DNA of 32,694 nt from a virus. Taxonomy: Duplodnaviria; Caudoviricetes. Numbering within the stretch: position 1 is the stretch's first letter; every line of letters starts with the position of its first letter. The stretch is from positions 1-32,694 of IMG/VR virus record IMGVR_UViG_3300012940_000066. One strand, written 5' to 3'. A program made the translations under genes and the position numbers. This document shows, in pieces, positions 9,536 through 18,103 of the stretch. The notes beneath the pieces were generated by a model. It was not told where the DNA came from. It worked only from the letters and a program-made list of their open reading frames with translations, and ran no database searches.

Positions 9536-10717
9536 TTAGGAAGCCCTGCCTGAAGCGATGGCTCCGATATACCTGTTCCTTTTCGGCACTGCGATGAAAT
9601 AATGCCGGTAGGCCAGCTTATTGGTCTGGTTTTCCGGATCTATCGCTGCCGAGGCGAAATACTGTTTCGTGAATCCCGTTTTCTTGGCGATGTTGGGCAC
9701 GTAGAAAGCAATGGATGCCTGGAACTGCGTATTGGGCAGGATCGTGGCAACCGGCACTTCAAAGCCGCTGCCGGTGCCACCGATGCTGGCCGCTGCAGCG
9801 CTAAGGGTGTCTCCAGCCGTATATCCCTGGCCCTTGCTCACGATGGTCACTGTGGTCACCGCTCCTGAGGCCACGGTAATGTCAGCCGTAGCACCGCTGC
9901 CGGTACCGCCGGTAAGCGGCACGTCAGTGTAGGTGCCGTCGGTGTATCCGGACCCGCCGGTTACCGAACCAAGCGTACCTACTCCATTGAGACCATTCTG
10001 GGCAGCCACTCCGAAGGCCAGCTTCGTGCGGCCATCATAATAAGGATTGGCCACATACTGGTACAGCTCGAAACCCGCGACAACAGGGGCATGGTCACCG
10101 GTACGGTAATTATTGAAATTATCGCCGAACCGCTCACGGTCAAGCAGCAGGTCGTTCCAGTGATCAGTGCTCAGTACCAACCGGCGGCCCTGGGCAGGCA
10201 CCTGTGCAGTGTCGAATGCAGCCTTCAGCGCCACCAGATCCTGGTATTTCAGCCGCTTCCGGCCTGCACCGTCATTGTCTCCGCTGGTCAGGATCACCGG
10301 TGTGTTGTCAGTCATACCCGCAGGCGCAATAGCATGTATTGCTTTGGCGAATTTCTTTTTCAGGATAGCCGTGGTGGTCGCACCAGTCGCTGCATCGATC
10401 TTCGGATAGGAGGCCCCCAGAACCTGGTCATCACTCAGCGTTACCACTTTGGTCTGGTACTTATCCAGACGTATGGTAACTGTTTCATCGTCGTACGCCT
10501 GCAAAGCAAGGGGATACGTGTTGTTGTTGATCAACACATCCGGCTCAAAATCCGTAACCGGAATGTGGATGATGTTCTGTTCGGTGGCAGCACCGGAGCC
10601 TACCTCCAGTACTTCGGTATCCAGTTCCTGGATTCCGTTCAGCCATGGGGCCTGGTCTTCTTGCGTGAGGTTGTGCTCAACCCTATGTTGCCATACCTCA
10701 GGAAAATTTTGTGGCAT
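9536..10717 (-). CDS. Major capsid protein with Gly/Thr-rich inserted domain
   Basis: 393 aa directly downstream of the protease/scaffold gene. The DLVALKAAFDTAQVPAQGRRLVL segment is typical of HK97-fold capsids. Confidence 0.8.
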   Translation of the reverse strand: MPQNFPEVWQHRVEHNLTQEDQAPWLNGIQELDTEVLEVGSGAATEQNIIHIPVTDFEPDVLINNNTYPLALQAYDDETVTIRLDKYQTKVVTLSDDQVLGASYPKIDAATGATTTAILKKKFAKAIHAIAPAGMTDNTPVILTSGDNDGAGRKRLKYQDLVALKAAFDTAQVPAQGRRLVLSTDHWNDLLLDRERFGDNFNNYRTGDHAPVVAGFELYQYVANPYYDGRTKLAFGVAAQNGLNGVGTLGSVTGGSGYTDGTYTDVPLTGGTGSGATADITVASGAVTTVTIVSKGQGYTAGDTLSAAAASIGGTGSGFEVPVATILPNTQFQASIAFYVPNIAKKTGFTKQYFASAAIDPENQTNKLAYRHYFIAVPKRNRYIGAIASGRAS

Positions 10718-10777
10718 TTTTCTTTGTTTTTGATGTTTACTATTCGATTCGGTTAATTACTCGGGTCCTGGACGATC

Positions 10778-11920
10778 CTATTTAAAGAGTGCCGCGTAAG
10801 CCTCCGGGTTCTCGTTCTTGAACTTCAGCTGCGCATCCACGGAAAGCTTCTGGAACGATTCCAGATCCTTAGGAGCACCAGCAGCCTGGGCAGCGGTATT
10901 GGTCACGGAAAGGGTCTGCTTGGCCGTCAGCTTTGCGATCTGCTTCATGGCAAGGGAATGGTTTGCCTCAGCCAGCTCTTCGTAGTCCTTCCGCTCCTCG
11001 GCGGTGATCTTGCCTTCAGCGATAGCCGAATCAAGTGCAGCCTTCAGCTCACCGGCTCGATGGGACTTGATGTCCGTCTCCAACTGTTCACGCTTGCCTT
11101 TTTCCAGGGCATGCGCGGTTTTTTCCGCATCCAGCGCGGCGGAAAGCTTCGCGATAGCGGCACTCACATCATCGGCATTCTCCCCGTCCTTCAGGCCGTG
11201 GGCTGCCAGCACGGCCAGTGCGGCCGCGTTCAGTTTGAAATTGCTCATCTCTGTTTTGGGATTATTGTTAGAAAAATCAGTGTCTTTGGTTGAGGTCACC
11301 TTAGGGGCTCCGCATGCGGCAAACAGGGCTTGCTCCTCCCTGGTAATCTTCACCGGTTTGGATATGCCCGTGATGAAGCCCTGGTCCAGTGCCTCCTGGG
11401 CCGTGAGCCATACATCACCCTGCGCCCAGTTCGACTCGATCTCATCCTCGGTCGTGCCGGTCCGCTGGGCATACATATTCCGGTACTGCTTGGTCAGGTT
11501 GCGCAGCAGCTTCAGGACTGCCGCAAGTTCGTTTTCATTGCCCCAGGTACCGGCACTAGGTTTATGGTACATAAACTGCCCGTTCTCGGCCAGTTCAAAT
11601 GCTTCGCATTTCAGCGCGAGGTAGGTCGCGGCAGAAGCCACTATTGCACCGCCCTCACCCGTTACACGGCCCGGGAACCGGTCTATCACATTTCCGATCT
11701 CGTTTGCTTCGAAGACGCTGCCGCCAGGCGAGTTGATGTAAAGCTTCACGTCCTTGATTCCCTCAGCCAGCAGCGCATCCACCTTGGTGCGGAAATCCTT
11801 GGCGGCATTGTCCCAGGCATCTATTACCCCCTCAATTGTGATCAGTGCCACACCGCCTTTAGCCTTCGCTTCCAGCCGTAGTGGATACCGCTCGGCGAGT
11901 GCCTTGAATGATGCTGTCAT
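10778..11920 (-). CDS. ClpP-like prohead protease with C-terminal scaffold domain
   Basis: Motifs LYINSPGGSV, ASAA (catalytic Ser) and FMYHKP (His), then an Ala/Glu/Lys helical C-terminus. The ATG at 11920 is preferred over the track's upstream start. Confidence 0.88.
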   Translation of the reverse strand: MTASFKALAERYPLRLEAKAKGGVALITIEGVIDAWDNAAKDFRTKVDALLAEGIKDVKLYINSPGGSVFEANEIGNVIDRFPGRVTGEGGAIVASAATYLALKCEAFELAENGQFMYHKPSAGTWGNENELAAVLKLLRNLTKQYRNMYAQRTGTTEDEIESNWAQGDVWLTAQEALDQGFITGISKPVKITREEQALFAACGAPKVTSTKDTDFSNNNPKTEMSNFKLNAAALAVLAAHGLKDGENADDVSAAIAKLSAALDAEKTAHALEKGKREQLETDIKSHRAGELKAALDSAIAEGKITAEERKDYEELAEANHSLAMKQIAKLTAKQTLSVTNTAAQAAGAPKDLESFQKLSVDAQLKFKNENPEAYAALFK

Positions 11921-12072
11921 TGTGATTTTCGGTTTCCGTTTCACCCTTTTTCCGTTTTGTTTCGGCAAAGGAAGCCACCGACGGCCGGGCATCGAAAAAG
12001 GTGTGCAATCCTTGCGCAACTATTTAAAATCAGCGCGTTATACGGCCACTTTTGCGGGAAAATGGTAGTGAA

Positions 12073-12546
12073 ATGGTAGCCAGACCCAGCCCAGCAAAGA
12101 ACCCCGTTAAAGCCCGCAGCGCAGCGAATGACGCCAAGCGGGAGCATGCCTATTACCTGTTCATGGCAAGGACCCCGCAGAAGGATATCGCCGAGCGCGT
12201 GGGGGTCACCGAGAAGACAGTGACGAAATGGAAGGTAGACGGCAGCTGGGAGGAAAAGCGGGCCGCCAAGACCATCAGCATGGACGAGCTGGTCACCAAG
12301 GCCCTACAGAAGATCAACGAGCTGCTGGACAGCGAAAGCTTCAATGCCGACGCCTTCGCCAAGGCCGTGGCCCAGCTCAAGTCACTGAAGACCGGCAACA
12401 CGGTCGATGACGAGATCATGACCTTCATCAGCTTCCAGAACTACCTCATCCAGAACCGTACGGCCGAGGGACTGTCCGAGGAGTTCATCAAGACGGTTGT
12501 ACGGCAGCAGGACAACTACATCCAAATCCGTCTGGGCAATGGCTAG
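12073..12546 (+). CDS. Terminase small subunit (HTH)
   Basis: N-terminal HTH (PQKDIAERVGVTEKTVTKWK). Overlaps the start of the large terminase gene. Confidence 0.75.
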   Translation: MVARPSPAKNPVKARSAANDAKREHAYYLFMARTPQKDIAERVGVTEKTVTKWKVDGSWEEKRAAKTISMDELVTKALQKINELLDSESFNADAFAKAVAQLKSLKTGNTVDDEIMTFISFQNYLIQNRTAEGLSEEFIKTVVRQQDNYIQIRLGNG

Positions 12547-14047
12547 GAAGATCAGCAAGGAACTACTGGCCCGCTGGCAGGACCGCATCGCCTGGATCAG
12601 GTCGGCCACCTTCACGCGCGAAGACTCGCCCGAGGTCCGGCAGGCCCGCATCGACCGGGCCCGCAGGGACTACGACTTCTTTGTACGCACCTATTTCCCG
12701 CACCTGGCCCGCAAACCGAACTCCAAGTCACACATCAAGGTCGCAAATACCGTCAAGGGCAGCAAGCGGCTCCGGGCATTGTTCGAGATGTTCCGCAGCT
12801 GGGCCAAGTCCTCGCACCTCACGGTCATGATACCCATGTGGCTGAAGATCCAGGAGCCGCGCGAGATCAACACCATGGTGCTCGTCTCCAAGTCGCAGGA
12901 TTCGGCAATGGGGCTGTTGTCAGATCTTCAGGCAGAATTGCAGACCAACGAGCAGTACATCGCCGATTTCGGCAAGCAGGTAAAAGACGGGGATTGGAAG
13001 GAAGGGAAGTTCAGGACAACCGACGGGTGCATGTTCGTGGCCCTGGGTCGCGGCCAGTCACCGCGGGGTTTGAAAAACAGGTCCCGCAGGCCGGACTACA
13101 TCGTAATCGACGACCTTGACGATGATGAGATCATCAATAACCCGAAGCGCATCGGCAAGATACTGGATTGGGTACTTACCGCACTGTTCGGAACCATGGA
13201 GGCCGGGCGCGGCCGATTCATTATGGTAGGAAACCGCATCGGAAAGGACTCAGTGCTCTCACGCTTCGCCACACTTGAGGATATCGTGCACATGAAGATC
13301 AATATCCTCGACAGCAAGGGGCGGTCCACTTGGCCGGAAAATTTCACGATAGAGGAGATCCAGAAAATGCGGGAGTTCATGGGTGAGCGACGCTTCCAGA
13401 AGGAATACATGAACAACCCCATAAACGAAGGCACCGTGTTCCAGGCCAAACACATCCGCTACGGCAAGATACTTGACCTCAAGCATTACAAACAGCTGAT
13501 CTGCTACACCGACCCGTCTTTCAAAGATTCGGCCACTGCCGACTATAAGGCGACCATCCTCATCGGCAAGGCGCCGGGTGGCGAATACCACGTGATAAAG
13601 GCCTACGCCGACCAGACCTCCGCATCCATGATGGTGCAGTGGCACTATGACATCGATCGTTTTGTCGACGGCCGCGTACCGGTCATGTATTACATGGAGT
13701 CCAACTTTCTGCAGGACCTCATACTCGAAGAGTTCAGGACGGTCGGACGTGAGATGGGCCACCAGATACCCATCCGGGGTGATGCCCGCAAGAAGCCCGA
13801 TAAGTTCAGCCGTATAGAGGCCCTGCAACCATTCTTCGAGCGCGGCCTGATCATCATCAACGAAAAGGAAAAAGACAGCCCCGGCGTGAAGGTGCTCGTG
13901 GACCAGCTGCTCATGTTCGAGAAAGGCAGCCGAACCAACGACGATGCCCCGGACGCGCTGGAAGGAGGCATATACCTGCTCAACCGGCGTACCCAGACCA
14001 CGCAGGCAAGCTACGCCTTCGGAGCACGACCAAACAGACATTTTTAA
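12539..14047 (+). CDS. terL: Terminase large subunit (Mu gp28-like)
   Basis: Walker B-like YIVIDDLDD, RGLK motif, FQKEYMNNP, and nuclease motifs YTDPS and DDAPDALEG. Confidence 0.9.
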   Translation: MARKISKELLARWQDRIAWIRSATFTREDSPEVRQARIDRARRDYDFFVRTYFPHLARKPNSKSHIKVANTVKGSKRLRALFEMFRSWAKSSHLTVMIPMWLKIQEPREINTMVLVSKSQDSAMGLLSDLQAELQTNEQYIADFGKQVKDGDWKEGKFRTTDGCMFVALGRGQSPRGLKNRSRRPDYIVIDDLDDDEIINNPKRIGKILDWVLTALFGTMEAGRGRFIMVGNRIGKDSVLSRFATLEDIVHMKINILDSKGRSTWPENFTIEEIQKMREFMGERRFQKEYMNNPINEGTVFQAKHIRYGKILDLKHYKQLICYTDPSFKDSATADYKATILIGKAPGGEYHVIKAYADQTSASMMVQWHYDIDRFVDGRVPVMYYMESNFLQDLILEEFRTVGREMGHQIPIRGDARKKPDKFSRIEALQPFFERGLIIINEKEKDSPGVKVLVDQLLMFEKGSRTNDDAPDALEGGIYLLNRRTQTTQASYAFGARPNRHF

Positions 14048-14068
14048 CCTTTTAAACACTTGTTAAAC

Positions 14069-14380
14069 ATGAAAAAGCAATCATTTAAAAACGTCAGCAG
14101 AGCAGCGGTTATCGGTCTGGCCGCAGCAGTAGGTATCGTTCCATCATCCAGCCTCGCCAATAATATACCTGCCCTGCATCAGGAAATAAAGGCGATCAAA
14201 GAGTCAAGGCAACACGCGCAGAAACAGGCGGCTGATGTGATCGGGGGGACCCGTGTGATCGCCGGTGGAACACCTGGTCTTACCCCGAAACAATACGGGA
14301 TCCTATACGGCCATGGAAACACGAAAGGCAAGACCAATTTCCTTCGCCTGGCCCACAATGCCAAACTCAAAAGGAGGTAA
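14069..14380 (+). CDS. Hypothetical basic protein with signal-like hydrophobic N-terminus
   Basis: 103 aa ORF that fills the gap between terL and the gp36-like gene, with an AT-rich start region. Confidence 0.55.
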   Translation: MKKQSFKNVSRAAVIGLAAAVGIVPSSSLANNIPALHQEIKAIKESRQHAQKQAADVIGGTRVIAGGTPGLTPKQYGILYGHGNTKGKTNFLRLAHNAKLKRR

Positions 14381-14382
14381 CA

Positions 14383-14844
14383 ATGCCTTTCATAACCAAG
14401 CAAGAAATGAAAACCGTCATCCGGCAGAATCATTTGGACTCCATAATAGATGATGACGACACCATCGTAGAGATGGCGATTAACGCCGGAATAAGTGAGG
14501 TCAAGTCCCGCCTTACGCCTGGAACTACCAAGGAATGGTTCGACGGTCGGCCCAGGTACGATGTCGAAGCCATCTTCAGTGCAACCGGTGCAAGCCGTCA
14601 TCCGCTTATACTGGAGATCACCAAGGTGGTCGCCCTCTGGTGGCTCATCATCCGGGCCAACGCTGGGGTATATTACGAAGAAGTACGTCAGCGATATGAC
14701 CGCGGTATGAACTTCATCAAAGACCTAGCTACCGGTGAAGCGAACGACGCCACACTACCACGGGAGCAGACCGATCCCGCAGAAACCGATCCCGATTTGA
14801 TGCCCTTCCGTATGGGAAGCAGGCCGAAGTTCCACCATGAATAA
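14383..14844 (+). CDS. Mu gp36-like (DUF1320) head-tail connector
   Basis: 153 aa with RYDVEAIF and RYDRGMNFIKDLATG segments, located between terL and portal. Confidence 0.75.
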   Translation: MPFITKQEMKTVIRQNHLDSIIDDDDTIVEMAINAGISEVKSRLTPGTTKEWFDGRPRYDVEAIFSATGASRHPLILEITKVVALWWLIIRANAGVYYEEVRQRYDRGMNFIKDLATGEANDATLPREQTDPAETDPDLMPFRMGSRPKFHHE

Positions 14845-14853
14845 AGATGAGAA

Positions 14854-16107
14854 ATGGCAAAGTCAGCAACCAATAGTAAAGTAGGCAATACCACCAGGGC
14901 ACCACTCCGGTGGGAACTCAAGTCCATCAGCCGCATCCGTCAGGACATCCAGTCATGGAACCGGGCGCTCAACCTCGCTCGCAATGTCGAGTTTACGCAG
15001 AATTACCAGCTTCAGCTGCTCTACAACGAGATATGCATCGATGCACACCTTACCAGCCAGATTGCCGGGCGGAAAGAGCAACTATGGTCATCCGACTTCA
15101 TCGTCAAACGCGGAGACGAACCGGATGACGCTGTAACGGAAGCGCTCACCAACATGCCTGCCTTCCAGCAAATCATCGAGGCCATACAGGACGCCGTATA
15201 CTACGGATATTCGCTCATTCAGCTAGACATACAGAATGGGAAATTAGTCGTTGATGATATCCCCCGCACAAATGTTGTTCCCCAGACCGGCCAATTTTTC
15301 ACGGACTACGGTGACACCACATCACCTGTCTATTACCGCGAGATGGCCGAGTTCGGCACCTGGATATTGGAGTTCAACAGCATCAGCCTGGCTAAGTCGG
15401 AATACGGCTTGCTTAATAAAGCCGTGCCGCATGTCCTGTTCAAGCGGTTTGCCCAAAGCTGCTGGTCAGAGCTTGCCGAAATATACGGCATCCCTCCGCG
15501 TGTACTGAAGACAAACACACAGGATTCAGCGATGATGAAACGCGCCCAGGCTATGCTCCGCGATATGGGGGCTGCAGCTTACTTCATCATCGATGAAACC
15601 GAAGCGCTTGATTTCGCCCAGGGTGTATCGACAGATGGCAGCGTGTACAACAACCTTATTACGCTGTGCGATAACCAGAACTCCCTGCTCGTTTCTGGGG
15701 CGGTCATTGGTCAGGATACCAAATACGGCAACTATTCGAAGGAGAAGGCCGGTCAGGATGTCCTATGGTTGCGTGTGCTGGCTGATATGCGGCACGTCCA
15801 GCAGCACATGAATGCAACCGTAATGCCCGCTTTAGCCAAGCACGGCATCGTCCCACAGGGATCCGTGTTTAGCTACCCCAAGGCAGAGGATACCGAACAG
15901 CTGTTCAAGTTCATCCAGCCCTTTATAAACAGCAAAAAATACCGCGTACCGGTAGACTGGCTGCGTGATAAGTTCGGCATCGAGGTGGAAGAAGTCGAGG
16001 CGGCCGAAGCGACCGGCGGAAACGATCCTGAAAACTCAAAACCTTCCTCCGCGGGGGGGAAAGCCCCCGACGCCCTTGCAGATCCCCTCAAAGGTTTTTT
16101 CGACTGA
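14854..16107 (+). CDS. Portal protein (Mu gp29/DUF935-like)
   Basis: 417 aa with DAHLTSQI, YYGYSLI, WSELAEIYGIP and LVSGAVIGQ motifs. Confidence 0.88.
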   Translation: MAKSATNSKVGNTTRAPLRWELKSISRIRQDIQSWNRALNLARNVEFTQNYQLQLLYNEICIDAHLTSQIAGRKEQLWSSDFIVKRGDEPDDAVTEALTNMPAFQQIIEAIQDAVYYGYSLIQLDIQNGKLVVDDIPRTNVVPQTGQFFTDYGDTTSPVYYREMAEFGTWILEFNSISLAKSEYGLLNKAVPHVLFKRFAQSCWSELAEIYGIPPRVLKTNTQDSAMMKRAQAMLRDMGAAAYFIIDETEALDFAQGVSTDGSVYNNLITLCDNQNSLLVSGAVIGQDTKYGNYSKEKAGQDVLWLRVLADMRHVQQHMNATVMPALAKHGIVPQGSVFSYPKAEDTEQLFKFIQPFINSKKYRVPVDWLRDKFGIEVEEVEAAEATGGNDPENSKPSSAGGKAPDALADPLKGFFD

Positions 16108-16128
16108 GCCCCGGTGAGGCTCCGGGGC
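16095..16128 (+). promoter_or_regulatory. Putative -1 programmed ribosomal frameshift signal at the end of portal
   Basis: In-frame T TTT TTC (16095-16101), 6-nt spacer, then a 7-bp all-GC hairpin GCCCCGG/CCGGGGC (16108-16128). The -1 frame is open to 17462. Confidence 0.72.
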
Positions 16129-17462
16129 AGGCATTCGCCAGGCTAAGAAGCACCATTGATCAGACTTACTACGGCTGCTGCGAGGGTCATGGTCACGCTT
16201 TTCCGATCGCTGCTAAACCTCCAGCCGACTTTGCCAAACACATCGCCGATCTGGCACGGCAGATCTGGGACGATCAGGACTTTGAACCGTCCATTGATCC
16301 CACACTCGTACAGACCTATGGCAACCGTCTCCAGGAAGGCATTGAAAAAGGTTTCGGCCAGGCGCTCGTAAACATTGACTTCGATTCACCGGATCATGCC
16401 CTGATCAGCAGCCTGCTGGACAACACCTGGCAGTTCTCGGCCGCCAAGACCTACACCCAATTACGCGACATGGGCCGCGCACTGGTCGGCCCGGACGGGC
16501 GGATCCGGTCATGGGAAGACTTCAGACGCGAGGTTGCCGGGATATCAACCAAACAACTGGGGTGGTTGCGGACCGAATACGACAGCGCCATAGGCGGAGC
16601 CCAGATGGCCGCCAAATGGAAGCAGATATGGGAGCAGCGGGATATCCTCCCCTTGCTCCAGTTCGATGCCGTCATAGACGGCCACACGTCTCAGATATGT
16701 ACCAGTCTGGACGGCGTCATCCTGCCAGTTGACGATCCTTTCTGGCAGACCTATTATCCGCCGAACCATTTCAACTGCCGGAGTACCGTGCGCCAGTTGA
16801 GAAAGGGTACGCCTACGCCACCGGACAAAATCGTGTATCCGGCCAAGATGCCGGACATGTTCAAGGTAAACCTCGGCCAGCGCGGGCTGGCATTCCCTAT
16901 GGATCATCCTTATTTCGAGGCCATGCCGCCAGAGGTATACGCAGAGGCCCGTAGGTACTTCCCCTACGAGCGGCAGTTCGACATTTTGGACACCTCCGAA
17001 GATCTGCCCGGCATGGTAAGACAGCATTTTATGGTTGATACCGGGGCATCCGATTACCAGCGACTGTTGGAAGTCGCCATGGAGAAAGCTTCCGAAAAAC
17101 AGATTATAGACATTCTGCCTGAACTTCAGGAAAGTCAGTACCCGCTTGAGCGCAGCATCATATTCAAAGGCGCCAAGGCAGGAAAATCTCCAGACCTTCG
17201 TATTGGTGGCAACTATGTCGAAGAAGAAGCGTCCAACAACTCCGGAAACCCCAACAACATCAAGCACGCCGTAGACGCCGGTTCTAAACAGGCAAACTAT
17301 GTCATCGTTACCCTCTCGCAACAGATCAGCTTACAGCAGCTGGAACGTATGGCCAAAAGCCGTTTCATAGATCATAAAGAACTAAAGGCGATAGAATTCA
17401 GGTTTGGAGGGCAAACGGTAAGGCTGGAAAGGGAAAAGTTCATAAAAAGCCAAAGCCAATAA
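16101..17462 (+). CDS. MuF (Mu gpF/SPP1 gp7-like) minor head protein with C-terminal PD-(D/E)xK-like (CdiA-type) nuclease domain; N-terminal part lacks a standard start codon
   Basis: MuF motifs WLRTEY and FWQTYYPPNHFNCRS, then C-terminal SPDLRIGG..VEEE..NIKHAVDAGSKQANYVIV. The frame is open from 16032, but the first ATG/GTG/TTG is at 16470. Confidence 0.8.
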   Translation, partial: RLSPGEAPGQAFARLRSTIDQTYYGCCEGHGHAFPIAAKPPADFAKHIADLARQIWDDQDFEPSIDPTLVQTYGNRLQEGIEKGFGQALVNIDFDSPDHALISSLLDNTWQFSAAKTYTQLRDMGRALVGPDGRIRSWEDFRREVAGISTKQLGWLRTEYDSAIGGAQMAAKWKQIWEQRDILPLLQFDAVIDGHTSQICTSLDGVILPVDDPFWQTYYPPNHFNCRSTVRQLRKGTPTPPDKIVYPAKMPDMFKVNLGQRGLAFPMDHPYFEAMPPEVYAEARRYFPYERQFDILDTSEDLPGMVRQHFMVDTGASDYQRLLEVAMEKASEKQIIDILPELQESQYPLERSIIFKGAKAGKSPDLRIGGNYVEEEASNNSGNPNNIKHAVDAGSKQANYVIVTLSQQISLQQLERMAKSRFIDHKELKAIEFRFGGQTVRLEREKFIKSQSQ

Positions 17463-17513
17463 CTTGCGTCATTGGCTTTGGGGCACAGTGCCGTTTCAGC
17501 AACGGCTCTGTAC
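17443..17513 (-). ncRNA. Candidate ~70-nt small RNA: tRNA-minihelix-like hairpin + CCA + terminator hairpin
   Basis: Bounded by a consensus promoter (17516-17547) and a 14-bp GCAA-tetraloop hairpin followed by CTTTTT on the minus strand. Confidence 0.6.
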
Positions 17514-17515
17514 AA

Positions 17516-17547
17516 CAAAGGTAAGCACTATTAATCAAATAAGCAAA
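17516..17547 (-). promoter_or_regulatory. Bacteroidetes primary-sigma promoter driving the antisense sRNA
   Basis: Minus strand TTTG (17544-17547) - 20 nt - TACCTTTG (17516-17523). Confidence 0.65.
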
Positions 17548-18101
17548 TGACCAACGAAGAGAAGATAAACGCCTACCTCCAGCAGCTCACCCAGCGTATC
17601 TACAACGTGCATCAGCGCCTGGCGCCGCTCGTCGGCGCCGAGGTGATAAACCACACACTGGACAACTTCAAGAACCAGAGCTTCGACGGCCAGAAGTGGC
17701 CGCGCCGGAAAGACAAAAAGAACACCAAGCCGCTGCTGGTAAAGTCCGGGCGGTTGCGCCGCGGATCCAGTTGGCGCGTACTATCCAGCTCACCCACCAG
17801 GGTAACCGTCGGCACCGATGTGCCTTATGCACGCATCCACAACGACGGAGGAACCATCCAGCGGGCCGCCCGATCGGAGACCTTCGTTCGCAACCGATAC
17901 CGTCGTGGTCCCAAAGCAAGGATGTTCGGCGGCATGGGCGCGTTCCAGAGAGGAACCACCCCCGGGCGCGGGCAGACCTACAAGGCATACAATATCTCTA
18001 TGCCGCAACGCCGCTTCCTGGGCATATCCAAAAAACTGGCCAGCGACATCAAGGCACTCATCAAAGAAGAATACGACAAAGAATTTCCAAAAACAAAGTA
18101 A
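17547..18101 (+). CDS. Phage virion morphogenesis protein (Mu gpG-like tail completion)
   Basis: Motifs LVKSGRLR, VGTDVPYARIHNDGG and MPQRRFLG. Confidence 0.85.
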   Translation: MTNEEKINAYLQQLTQRIYNVHQRLAPLVGAEVINHTLDNFKNQSFDGQKWPRRKDKKNTKPLLVKSGRLRRGSSWRVLSSSPTRVTVGTDVPYARIHNDGGTIQRAARSETFVRNRYRRGPKARMFGGMGAFQRGTTPGRGQTYKAYNISMPQRRFLGISKKLASDIKALIKEEYDKEFPKTK

Positions 18102-18103
18102 CT

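Noticed and set aside
16053-16059. G7 run as the portal-MuF shift site or a phase-variation tract
   Set aside because: It lies in the open overlap and is formally possible, but T TTT TTC with a correctly spaced hairpin is a much better fit.
17479-17513. A bona fide tRNA gene
   Set aside because: No D arm, anticodon arm or TTCRA loop. Only a minihelix-like hairpin with CCA, so it is reported as a candidate mimic.
17696-18103. N-terminal extension of the 283-aa ORF
   Set aside because: Overlaps the gpG-like gene in another frame. The credible start is ATG 18104.
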